Source: Catajapyx aquilonaris
Taxonomy: Eukaryota
Reading direction: 5' to 3'
NCBI GenBank assembly: GCA_000934665.2
Contig: JYFJ02001285.1
Location: forward strand, 1 to 64,000
DNA: 64,000 nt
The notes beneath the pieces are model-generated. The model ran no database searches. It was not told where the DNA came from and saw nothing but the letters and a program-made list of their open reading frames with translations. Made by a program: the position numbers and the translations under genes. The stretch's first letter is position 1. The number at the start of each line of letters is the position of its first letter. Positions 34,746 through 46,988 of this stretch are shown here, in pieces.

Positions 34746-37700
34746 ATGAGCAACATTTATATTCAGGAACCGCCCACACACGGGAAGGTAAATTTTTTTT
34801 TAAAAGCCATTCATGACAATAAGTAGCCTACTGGCAGATAATTTTCTGCAAATTAATTGATGTGTTAATTAATAAATGTGGTTTTTCTGATTAACATTAT
34901 TGGAGACAAAAATGGACAGCTTCAAATACCTGGTATTTTCAGGTCCTGTTGGAGACGACTGTTGGTGATATTGACATTGAACTGTGGTCGAAGGAAGCGC
35001 CGAAAGCATGTCGAAATTTTATCCAGCTTTTAATGGAGGGGTACTACAACGGAACTGGGTTCCATCGGGTCGTGAAGGGATTCATCGTGCAAGGTGGCGA
35101 CCCAGAAGGAGACGGGACAGGTGGTGAATCGATATACGGAAAGCCATTCAAGGTAAGCATTGCAAACAATGCGAATGACAAGCAGAATTTTAACATACTT
35201 TATTATCAGGATGAATTCCACACGAGATTGCGATTCTGCCGACGTGGACTACTGGCCATGGCTAATGCAGGAAAGGATGATAATGGGTCGCAGTTTTTCT
35301 TCACGATGGCACCGACTCCGGAACTTCAGAGCAAGCATACAATTTTTGGAAAAGTCGCAGGGGACACCATATACAACATGCTGAAACTGGAGGAAGTTGA
35401 AATCGGAGAGGTGAATTTTAGCGGCAGTTGTAATGTCAGCGGGGTTTTTTTTTAAAAAAATTATATTTATTTTTCAGGATGAACGCCCGGTGTATCCGCC
35501 TAAGATAATCCGCGGGAAAATACTTTTCAACCCTTTTGAAGACATTGTACCAAGAGTAACGGCTTCCAAAAAGCCAAAGGAAGAGGGAAAGAAGAAGGGA
35601 AAAGTTGTTGGCAAAAAGTAAGGTCTGCCTTTTCGAACTATGATGCGAATACCACAATGTATTGCACCAACTTGTAGTGTGTCAAAACTCATTGCGATTT
35701 TCCAAGAAAGTTGGTTGCGGAATTGTCTGGAGTTAATGCCCCCTCTACGAGCGTTATCACCGTCTGCTCAATCTGATGATAACTTGAGTTGCGTGGTTGC
35801 GGGCAGGTCATGGCTATAGTTATTTTTATGTCGGAGTAGTGAAAATGAAGGAAAGTTGCGAAAACGATTATATCTAGGGGTGCGATTTGCTTCAGAGATA
35901 ATTCAGTTCTATGCCATGTTTACGATTGGTTCAGTAGGGATAAGTCACCTTATGAAGGCATCAGGTCAATGGGGTTACGTTTAATAAATGACCTGCAAAA
36001 AAAGTTTTCCACCAGTTGAAAGAAAGTGCTGGATAAAATCAAATATCAATTTTTGCAGGGATTTTAAGCTGCTGTCTTTTGGAGCTGAAGCGGAGGAAGA
36101 TGAGGAGGAAATGGCAGAAGTCAACAAGAGTTTCTCCGGAAAGAGCAAATCAAGTCACGACCTGGCGAACGACCCGAAACTCAGCTCACAGCCTGCTGTG
36201 GAATCTAACAAAGGGAAGAAACGAAAGGAAGAAAAGTTAGAGAGCGACGAGAGTGACGATAATAATTCTTCAGACACATCTGAAAAGGTGGAGGAGAAGA
36301 AGAAGGCATTGGAGCAAGTGAAGAAGAAACTGAAAAAGGAGGACAAAAAAGCCGAAAGCAGCGACGATGAGGAGTATTACCTTGGAAAAGACAGGGACGA
36401 GGCAAATAAGATAAAGATGTAAGTAATGTAAGAGACAGCACATGACAGGTGCCGGTATTGTTTTTATTTTAGTGACATTAATGAATAAAATTGCTCCGCG
36501 ACTGTAGGGAAGAAATTCGCAAGGAAATTCGAAGCCTGAAGAAGGAGATGAAGGGTGGAGACCCAAACGAGGCCCAGCAGAGCGGACCAAGTGGAACGCA
36601 ATCCAAAACCAGCTTGCTGGAAGCATATCAGAAAGAAATGGCGATATACAGAGAAAAAACGGAAGTCATCAAGAAGGGTGGGTACCGCACAGAATTTCAT
36701 CTCGTTTTGTAAAACTATTCTGCGGACGTTCGATTGAAGAGTCGGATGATAATTTAAGGTCAAAGTTGATCTCTTGTTGTTTGGAGATGATTAGACCTTC
36801 CTGGGGCATATCTGCGGTGAATGCGACCATTGATTAATTCCTAACTTCCAGTGTGTGTATAGTTGCATTTCAAGGTTCTTGTAAAAAAATTACTTTGGAA
36901 TTAATCATAAGCATGAGCTATGGGAAGGCATGTTTTCACAGCTGGTTTCAAGAAGCTTCTTTGAATACTTGCGGTCATGTTTGCAGATTACTTTGCTAAA
37001 AATACAATTGTTTTGCAAATTTTGAAACGTGCCAGATGGTGAATACTGGTTTAACAACACCGCCTTGCACCCGTAAACTTTGGTCAGCTCTAATCAATTT
37101 CGAATGGGTTTCGCTGTGAGTTTATTTAGGTCAGGTTCTGCCAATAAAGGTAGATTGATGACCGAGGATTCATCCTTGTCAGCGATGTTCATTGTTCCCA
37201 ACTATTAAAGACGAAGATAAATCCTCGGTCGTCACCCTACAGTATCGTCAATGGCGTAACCTAATTTCTTTTGGTAGATCACTCTTTGAATCAGGAGCAT
37301 GTCTTTCAATGCAGTTGATTTTACAGCACTTCTGTAGCCTAATCTGTCTCTTATTTACGTAAAAATATTTTGAGTTGCTGCATCACATCTTAAAAATATG
37401 CAATTTTTGCAAGGCGACAACATGTGCCTCATCTGAATATTGGCAGCTTAATATTAATGTGTACAGTAAATGTAATAATTACACGGTTTGGCTGGTTTCT
37501 CGGAGCCAAATCTGGTAACTGTTTTGATAACCTATTGCGCATTTTCCATGCTGATTAATGTCAGCGCGTGTTTTTATATGTGCATGACTCATACAACAAA
37601 CTTGGAGGATATAGTCTTTATAACTGGTTTTTTTGTTCGAGAAGGAAATAGTTTCAGGTTCAAAGGAAATGAAAAGACCTATGAGCTGATATCACTAATG

Positions 37701-38178
37701 TATTATGCTAATAGTGGGTGAGAATGTTTTATGCACTTTTCAAGGCTGTCTGTTACTAAGGGTATAACATGTAATAGCAAGATGATAATATTATTGCAGC
37801 ATAATTCTGTTTTTCACTCTGTACATGTTACAGTAACAATTTCAATTTTTTAAATAAATCCGTTTCATTGAAGGTACTGATCGTGAAAAGCAAACTTTGG
37901 GCATTTTGGAAAAATTCAAGACCAGACTGAAGACTGCCCAAAATGAAGATGCGGATGAAGAAGAAGGTGAAGCTGAGGAGGACTTGGACGATTTCACCGG
38001 CGACAAGTGGTTGGCACACAAGTTGAAGTGTGAAGATGACGAGAAGGCGGCATCAGTGGCTAAGGATGCCAACATGAAGGGTGACGACTGGTTTGACATA
38101 TACGACCCCAGAAATAACCTGAACAAGCGGAGAGTGGAAAACAGCAAGGAGGTGATGCGGCGGAAACGCTACCAATAG
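34746..38178 (+). CDS. CWC27: Spliceosome-associated cyclophilin-like protein CWC27
   Basis: Exons 34746-34787 (MSNIYIQEPPTHGK), 34943-35152, 35210-35410, 35478-35617, 36059-36418, 36508-36677, 37874-38178. Cyclophilin domain with Glu at the Trp121 position (TPELQSKH), KLLSFGAEAEEDEEE, C-terminal WLAHKL...DDWFDIYDPRNNLNKRR. Confidence 0.96.
37150..37240. repeat. Degenerate inverted repeat / MITE relic in last CWC27 intron
   Basis: GTAGATTGATGACCGAGGATTCATCCTTGTC vs GACGAAGATAAATCCTCGGTCGTCACCCTAC (31-bp arms, 6 mismatches). Confidence 0.65.
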
Positions 38179-39848
38179 TTGTACATAAGTGTTGTGTTTT
38201 TTAAAAAATAAATAATTATGTAAAATGTCACCTTTTATCTGGCCATTGTCAGTGTCACCTTTCCTTTTTCGAGTACTGGCCTTGACTATACTGCTGTACC
38301 TGCACTAAGATCTGATTTGAAAAGCTGGCCCTTTCCCTCCCCCCAGGGAGAGGAGATAAGTGATTTAGAGGGGCTGTCCCTCTCGATATGCCCTTGATAA
38401 GCCTCTAGTACGTCTTTTGTCGTGGCATGTTGACTTCCTAGCCAGATGATGATTGACCAGTGCCTGGCTCACTTGCGACTATTTAGCTGGGTGCAGACAT
38501 GGCGTACCCTGTCAGCTCACGTGTGGATGCATATGAAAATGGAGCTATGTATGGTAGGTACTTTACTCAAGGTTGTGAGAATAAGAGAGTGTGCATAGTA
38601 ATCGTGATGGATTAGTAATGTGGCTTATGATTGGCAGATAGCAAGCAGCAATGGTGGTGGTAGTTACAGAGCATCACCAGTTTTCAAATCGCTTGTAGAT
38701 TAGCCTCTTATCAGTAATGGTTCGTCACTCTTGAGACACTGACAGCTTATTGCAGGGCATGTTAACTTGCGTGGAAGGTATAGTTCTTTGTTAGTGTACC
38801 CGGTACTGAACAGGTAATCATGTGCATGGCCAATCAGTTGATCATTTTGTTTGTTCACATTCATTCATGAATTTGTAACGTTGTAAGGGAGTCTGACCTT
38901 GTATGTTTTTTCCTAGAAGTGATCGACTGCAGTTCCAATTTTGCATGTCTTTAGAATGGAATTAAACCCGTTGCGAGTAATATAATGTATCACTTTTTTT
39001 TCCCAGCCTTTGTGTACGGTTGACAAAGTGTTACATTATGCCTGGTCATAGCCTGCATAGTGAATAGACATGTCTGCGGTCAATAGACGACATTGATCCA
39101 CATGGTCGGTGTAAGGTCAGAAACACTCCAAGTTTGTTCACCCTACTGTTATTTATTCAAGTTATTGCACCAAACTTGATCAGTTGCACCCGTGGCCCCT
39201 GTAAAATGATTAGAAACTCAAATGTGCTGCTATTATTATTATGAACATGTACTACATTGCCTGATTACAGTGGCCTGCAACCACTTTATCATTTGTCACC
39301 TCAAATATGAGGTTGAAGACCTTCACTCAAAAGGGGACCTATCAAGCAAGTTAGAGACAGATTATCCCCCCCAATGATCCTATATATTGAGATGGAGGAT
39401 AGGGAGGGATGGGGCATGTCCCTGAAGAGGCCAGATAGAAACTCAGTCTAACATCAGCCAGACTCCTATAGACCATGTACTATTCCAGCTCGGACATAAG
39501 TGCTAGTGATCCATCCCTATACAACCATCAAGAGTCACTAGAAGACTTAACAAGTGGGTATTCACCAATAATAATAATAATAATAAAAATTGTGTGACCC
39601 TTTTAAAAAAACGTGCCAGTTATTTAGGAGCGAATTTTCCAAATGACTCACTAGAGAGCGCCTGCGGTTTCTTTTTTTCTTCTTTACTCTGATTTTTATA
39701 AAAGTTCCGTTGCGTCAAAGTGTGTGTGAGAGAGTGAGTGGTCAGTGTGTGACTCGTACGCATCTGCTCGGTCCAACGATGGGTTGAAGAAGGTCAAACA
39801 CCTTTTGGAGGTCGTGCCCGCAATAATAAGACAACTGTAATTGCAACA

Positions 39849-42800
39849 ATGGATTCTCAACCGTATTTAGTTGGAGCACCAGGTATTTTGTTCTTTATAA
39901 ACGTGACCTGTGAACTGATTGACCTTGGCTTTCATTATGTTGTGTCATGGATTGATCTCATTTTGCTGTTTGCATGACCTTTAGCCCACCACGAATTGAG
40001 ATGCATGCACCTAGTGCGTACTCTACAGGTGGTGGCACAATTGCAAAATTGGAACAAAAATCACCAAAATGCTAATTACAATTTTAAAAGGGCCATACGT
40101 ACCGATTTGTCGTATCATTACTTATCGCGGTTATCTCTACTAAAGTTTATTTGCTTTTCACATCAATTCACACGAGCCTATGAAGCAACTATTCCGACGT
40201 GGCGATTCTCTTTTTAAAAGTGTTTGCTAGGACAGACAATTTTTTTGAACTTACTAGACACAATGGCGCACTTGTAATGGGGTAAAAATCCCCATGTACT
40301 GAGAGGGGTCTATTATTATTGGCGCCAATTTTGGCACTTCCCAACACTCCCATAGGTTTGTCCTCTTTTTACCCCTTGTTGTTGTTCGTAGCATGCGCGA
40401 CCCTGGGGATGGTTCAGCAACGGTACTAAAATTAGAAAAGGGCCCGAATAGCCAACCCCCCCCCCCCCTCTTAAAACTCTTCGGCGACCNCTTCGGAGAC
40501 CCAATCCCATAATTACTTATAGTAAAAAAAAAAAAAAGTCAAAAACACAAAAACTAGGTCACGATCCTATATACATAATGAATCATTACGTCTGAGGAGT
40601 AATAACAGCAATTGAGCCTTAGTAGAGAGAGTTGTTTGTAATAATGACAACCTCAGATCAGAGCAAGTGCCCTTAGATTCTAAAGGTCAGGTCCTTCGAA
40701 ATCTATGGTAAATACGCGCCATTTCAAACACTGCGCAGATAAATCGTACCGGCACGTGTTTGTTTGCTAGAGAACATTACCCTTTTTTTTTTACTGAAAC
40801 GTAATGGCAACAAAGAGGACCGCGAAAAAAAAATGGCACCAAAAATAAATACACTTCCTAGAGACGATTCAACAACCTCTCTGGCATAAATTGGCAGAGA
40901 TTTTGCTTCTCTCTCTTTTTTTTCGCGGATAGTGATGACGAATAGCAAGGTCGGGATTATAGTTCGTCATCAGTTACGTGAAATTTGCGGTGCACGCCCT
41001 CCCATAAAGGATTAGTATAGTTCAAATAGGGGCGCAGGAGGATCAGTTTATGGTTGGTGCTGAGATGATGAACTTCGGAAGGAAAAATAAGGGCCTCATA
41101 GGACAGATGAGTTTTTCGAGAGTTCCTGATGAAGCGACAGTCAGGTTTATTGAACACGGTGGGTTTTTCCAGCCTTTTTTATGAGTCACCAATGTGTAAG
41201 TAATTTTGATTGAAACTTATCAGGAAATTGAATTACCAATTAATCCATACCACGTCTATAGTATATGAAAGATAGAAAAATCTATCACACAAAAATTGTT
41301 AGTCATATAATTTTGACATTAAATGCTGAATATCAATTTTTACCCGTTCACTGTTACATGTTAGTTGGCCATCAGTATGTGCATATGTGTAATTATACAT
41401 GACATATTGAGCAGCATTGAATGCAACAAGCTAAGCCCGATTGGACCTGAGGAGCTCGCATATTTTTTGTAATATGCCAAATATTTCCAAATGAAATTTA
41501 CGTGTTTACCACCCGTAATCTATAAATAAGCTGTGTTTACCTAGGCCGTAGCAGGGCATTGCTCTATTGTGTGGTGTAACACGTGCCTGTGTATATTCCA
41601 CATTTTTGCACTGCTGTCAATTGTTCAGTACATACCGGAAGCTGCTGCATTCAGACACTTGTTCACATTGAATAGTCTTATATAGCCTACATACCAAGAG
41701 TTGCTATAAAAGTATAGAACCTGCACAGCTGCAAATTCCTTTTACAAACCGGATACATTCTTGCACCATATGTAACCGACACATGTCCTTCTTTTCAATC
41801 TTCAGACAAATCGACCAGGCTGAAAGGACCATGTCGAGTTATCCGATTCTGCGTGCTGGGAGTTGTGGTTCCGGTACTTCTTTTGGCGATACCGTTGTAC
41901 ATGAGGTTCGTCGTGTACGGAGAGTCGTCGTACCCTCTGACTGCATCGGACATGAGACTCATCGACACTCGCATCTCAACCACTTGGTGTCAGGTAAATG
42001 TATATACTCGGTACAAATATTCTTGGCCCCTTCCAATAATGTATTTTTAAGCATCGGTTTGCGAAATTAGGCCTAATGCTAGCCTACATAATAGTGCATA
42101 CCCCCATTTTTTAACAAAGTGGACCTTGAATCACGCTCTAGTTCCATATACCCTTGAGACTTGTTATGACTTTGTCACATTTAGGTTTTTGAGTCTGTGA
42201 TTTTTTTTTTCCGTTCAATCACAGAGTCAAGCCTTGAAGATGAACTCAACTTTCAACGCCTATTTGGTGGACGACGTGCCTCCTTTTTATCTCCAGCCAA
42301 ACGGTTCATTAATGAGCAGGACTATAGTGCTAGAAGATGACATGAAGGAATACTGGGGGTTTTATCTACTCAGAGGATCTACTTTTACAATTTCAACTTG
42401 CTCCAGGTAAATTTCATTGATGAAGATCATTGGTCGATTTTATAGTCCCTGTGTGTGTTCAACATTGCCTTAATAAACTATATCTGTTTTCCTATCAGGT
42501 GGACTGGAGCTAGTCTGATGATAGTCAGAGGTCGTCACCACCTCCGATATTGTGCGTATATTGGGGACATGGACTCGGAGGAGGAGGATGAATCGGAAGA
42601 GGAGGAGGACGATAGGTTCTTGGACAAGCTGAAGAAGTTTGCTAAAGAAGCTAATTTCACACCAGTGGACCACGGGGTCCAGCTCAACTCCAAGGAGGTG
42701 ATGGACCAGATCATCCACAAGATGATCCAGCTCAATAACCACGGAAGTGGTAATGTGTTTTCGCGAATCAGGAAGCGGATGAAGGAGGCTAATATGAACG

Positions 42801-44123
42801 TTGATGAGTTGACTCCAGCGCCTACCAGTACGTCAACCACAGAAGCGACGACAACGACGGCGGGTCCTCACCGTCGACGACATCACCACGGTGCCAACTC
42901 CACAGACCACCGTCGACGACATCTGAATTCAACAGACGTGAAGCAGCGTCGACGAAACAAGAAGCGGATGGACCAAACCGTGCTTGAAAGGTCAAAGAGA
43001 GCTGCTTCCGGGTCATGGGAAGCCGACTCCGGAGAAGACACGGCCCATGAGCGTGTGATGACCGACGAGGAAGAACTGATGGAGAGGATACCAGGGCTGC
43101 CCCCGAGAGCTGTCGACGGGCTTGCGGCGGACAGAGGCACACTGAACATGACGACGGACAACGACAACTCCAACTCTGAGCCGTTCAGTTCATTTTCAAG
43201 CAGCGAGGAGGCCATGATGCAGTGTGAAGGAGTCATCGTGACCATGCCCATACCCCCTGACCCCAGATGCCCTCGTGACCACACGGCTGAAAGAGCAGTG
43301 TTCTCCTACCAGGTGCCCACCACTGGGTACTACTACTTTATTTTCGATAGTCAAAATGAGGTATGTGCTTTAACGTGTGGCAGTCGGTCATGCATTTATT
43401 TGGAAAACACGAAGGACATTCTTGTCAATACAGGAAAACTTTGGTACTCATTATTGGTAGCGCAATTATTATGTAAATTAGCTTAGATATAAGGACAGTG
43501 CACACATTTCGACGTCGTAATCTTTGAGAGATTATGTCATGTTTGTTTTGTCTCCGGCATCATCTGCCGGGCTGATATTTTTCTATCTCCTGAGGGAAAA
43601 CTTGGCAACCTAACTGGACTGCATAGGCTACTATTGAGCAATAGACCTGCATGATCCGTACGTGCGGTACATCTGTAGAATAACTTACTCTTCTTTTCAT
43701 CATCTGTGCACGTGTGATTATAGAGCACGAATTTACTAATGTATACTGTACATTGCAGCTTACAGATAACTTGATCCAGCTGGACATCGAGCTCCGTCGT
43801 ACCGTGTACCAACTGGACCAGGTGGCCGATACATGCCGAAACACCAGCGAATGCAGGTTTCCACTGTCATTTGCATCGCATCAGAAAGTTGTGCTTCAGG
43901 TACCCCCTTTTTTTACAAAATAGCAAAACTTTTTTAATATTTTGCAAGCTCATGTTTCGTCTGTTTTTTTTTTTAAATATAGGTACCGGACGTGATCGAG
44001 AAATCGGATTGGTCGTGGGACGAAGTGTACGTGGCCACATCGACCTGCGAACCGAGAGTGACCCTGTATCTCATATTTGCATTGGCAGTGCCTGTGGTCA
44101 TACTCGCATGCGCTTTTAACTAG
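39849..44123 (+). CDS. Uncharacterised two-TM arthropod protein with APD1-4 N-terminal/middle-like domains
   Basis: Exons 39849-39882 (start exon tentative), 41806-41993, 42225-42406, 42499-43360, 43759-43899, 43983-44123. N-terminal TM (FCVLGVVVPVLLLAIPLYMR), ISTTWCQ, LEDDMKEYWGFYLLRGS, TGYYYFIFDSQNE, C-terminal STCEPR followed by a TM segment. Confidence 0.8.
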
Positions 44124-46816
44124 AGGTAATTGCGGCTCGTATGTGCCAGTGAATAATTGTTGAATAAACGTGACTATTTCAGGTGCACTTTTGACCCCCC
44201 AACTTGGCATCTGTTCTCGAGGATGACATTGAACTCAATTCGTCCCAATCTCGAGTCCAATGTGAAGTAATAGACGACAATGCAGTGAACAGTTCGACTA
44301 CCTGATTAATAGTGAGATTTGTACCTTTTTTTTGTTACAAAACAATGATGCTCATGTTTTTCCTGGTCTCGCTGTGAGCTCATAATCCCGATTTCCACGG
44401 GCCCATATCATGTGATCTCATTGTCATGTTCCATTTTGTTTTGTTTGTTGTTGCAATTCTCCCAAGAGTATTTTTTAAGGCATAAATGCTGCCAGCAAAG
44501 AGGTTACTTGTTGCAAGTACAAAGACATGGTATACCTCCCCGAAGTGCAATACATGTGTGAGCCCCTCAAAGACAGTCTTAACCAGTGTTTTTGAAGTAC
44601 CGCTGTTCGCAAAAGTAATTATGCATAACACTGGGGGTGTATTTTTTGACAATTAGTAAATTATAACGAAGGTGCATACAATTACTGGTTATATCATTTG
44701 AGTGGTTCAGTGAAGTTTGAGAAAACTAGTTTCAATGTAACCTTCTGAAGCAATTTTGAAGCCATTCTGTGCTAAATAGCCAATCGGACAATTTTTATAG
44801 CAATTGCATCTGAGCGAAATTTCGCCCCGAAGTGATTTTAAATCGAGTGAAGAACCACTCAAAAATAATGTGAGTCCGTTAGCATATAACGGATAATTTT
44901 TTTTGACTACATTTGGGACATGCGGTACTTGCAGCCAGCCTTTCAATCAAAAATTGTTATAGAATACTCCAAAATTGTTATAGTTCCTGATATCAGTCCC
45001 CTACTAATCGTAGGTCCTATTTGTGTGACAGGGAAATCTGGTTTACTAACCTGTGCCTGTTAACAACACAATGCCTATCGCGGCATCAAAAAGCGTCCAC
45101 GCCAACACATAACAGGAGGAGGGATAGGCATGCTAATGAGTTTATGTTTGCTTGTTGTAATTTATACTGGTATTGAGACTGATTGATAGCCACAAAATAG
45201 TACACGCGTCGCACCGACAGTTATAGGCGTTACTAGTCGATAGCTGCAATGTCGAAAAAAGAGTGATGCGATTTTGTACACGACTGACTCTGCAGCTCAG
45301 GATGTATAACCCATCGTTGGTTATGTTCAATAAAATATTACTTGTACAGTGCTTTTCATTCAATATTTATGCGTTATTTGCCAGTTGTTGGCTACTTTTG
45401 TATAGGTAACTGTGGTGATTGGTATTTTTTTTGTTTTGTGACCAAATTGTGCAAAAATTGTTAAATAATTGCTAATTTTTTTATATAAAGTTGAATCAAG
45501 CTATAATTCTGATTTTTCAGATATATTGCTCTTGTTGCTTTTTTTTCAATTTGATCACGATTTTGCACGCCATTTTTTTCGTAGGAACAATGCGCAAATA
45601 GCTGCGCAAGTTCCTCACATAAAATCCCAATATTCCCCCTCAACCGCACTTTCTAACTCCTCTGGTCCATGAAGCAGGATTGGACCCAACCTGCAACCAG
45701 GAGATAAGAAGCTGAGTTTAATTGAAACGTGCCTGAAGCTCCAAGTCCCAGTCGCCTGCAGCCACCAGATAAGGACCACTCTTCCAGGGGGTTGGAGGGC
45801 GTTAGAGGGGGAAGGGGGGGGGGGTGAAAACCTCTCCATCTCCAGCCCCCCCCCCCCCCTCTCTAAAATTCTGTTTTCAAAATGAGCCCTGCATCACATG
45901 AAACTACAGATAAAATTATGGTAGTTTTACGCTCGGTTTAGTCTTTCGCACCAGGACAGATTGACTTCAGGATCTTTTTTTTTTAACAAGAAAAAAAAGT
46001 GTGCATTGATTTTCAAAATGGGAGTCCATAATGTTGATGCTGTAGCGAAAATTATGTGCCCATTAATATGCAGGTTTATCCTAATTACCGGGATCCGCTA
46101 ATAGGATTATGCAAATGTGATACTGCGGGAGATAATTAGGATTATTAGTGGACACAATTCGCGACTGATTGTGAAACTGAGCGACAATGGTTTGGATGGT
46201 AAAAAGTGTGAGCCCATTTTAATTTTTTTTTTCTTCAAAAAACCGCCCCATAAATATGCCATTAAGAATCCGGAAGTTGCCTACACTTCATGCGGATCAT
46301 CCTCAACCCCCTGGCTTTTTTGTCACCAGTAAGCCCCTATTAATTTAATCCTCTCCAGGCTCTTGACCCCCCCTTCAAATGCAAATTCATCCTGTCCTCC
46401 CCAGCACCCGTCCCCAATCTTGAGTGGACAGATTTTAGGGGACATCAGAGTCGCATCCCGCCGAACCGGAACTCGGAGGTTTGCCCATGATTTTTGGACC
46501 TCATGCCGATCAAAAGAGCAATGTCAAGGTTGGCTGATCATATCTGACACGTTGTCACCCTCGACGCCTGTCTGATATTCAGTTTAGAAAAAGAGCTGAC
46601 CAATTTTTGAAAGGTCTTGCGCTATATAGAAAGAGGCTCTGAAAAGTCTAGATTGTTTATTATCATGTGCTTAGACTATAGAGATCATCTGCCCTAAGCT
46701 GCTGCAGAGACTGTAGTCACAATATTAATTTTAATGGCTACTCTTTCATATCGGGAGACCCCTCACTTTTGCCTACTTTCCTAGGCTTGTATCTGCTGAA
46801 AGATCCGCTGAAGTAT

Positions 46817-46875
46817 AGGGGTGTATCCGCTGAAGGACAGGGGTGTATCCGCTGAAGGATAGGGGTGTATCCGCG
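46817..46875. repeat. 22-bp tandem repeat x ~2.7
   Basis: AGGGGTGTATCCGCTGAAGGAY at 46817, 46839, 46861. Confidence 0.85.
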
Positions 46876-46886
46876 AGGAAGGAGTC

Positions 46887-46988
46887 ACTGGTGGCGCCAC
46901 GAGCTGTTAGCGGCAAAAGAGCGAATCTAACCAGTGAATTCGTTTCTATTCGCTCTTTTTCCGCCAACAGCTCCCTGGCGCCACCAGT
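46887..46988. repeat. Inverted repeat (~40-bp arms), MITE-like
   Basis: ACTGGTGGCGCCACGAGCTGTTAGCGGCAAAAGAGCGAAT ... ATTCGCTCTTTTTCCGCCAACAGCTCCCTGGCGCCACCAGT. Confidence 0.8.

Noticed and set aside
13822..35209. Other stop-free in-frame introns (13822-13914, 23203-23268, 30450-30506, 35153-35209) as regulated retention events
   Set aside because: They have ordinary intron composition and encode nothing distinctive; with dozens of short introns a handful is expected by chance.
39415..39500. Hammerhead ribozyme core (CTGAAGAG...GAAAC...GTC)
   Set aside because: Stem II and stem I do not pair convincingly.
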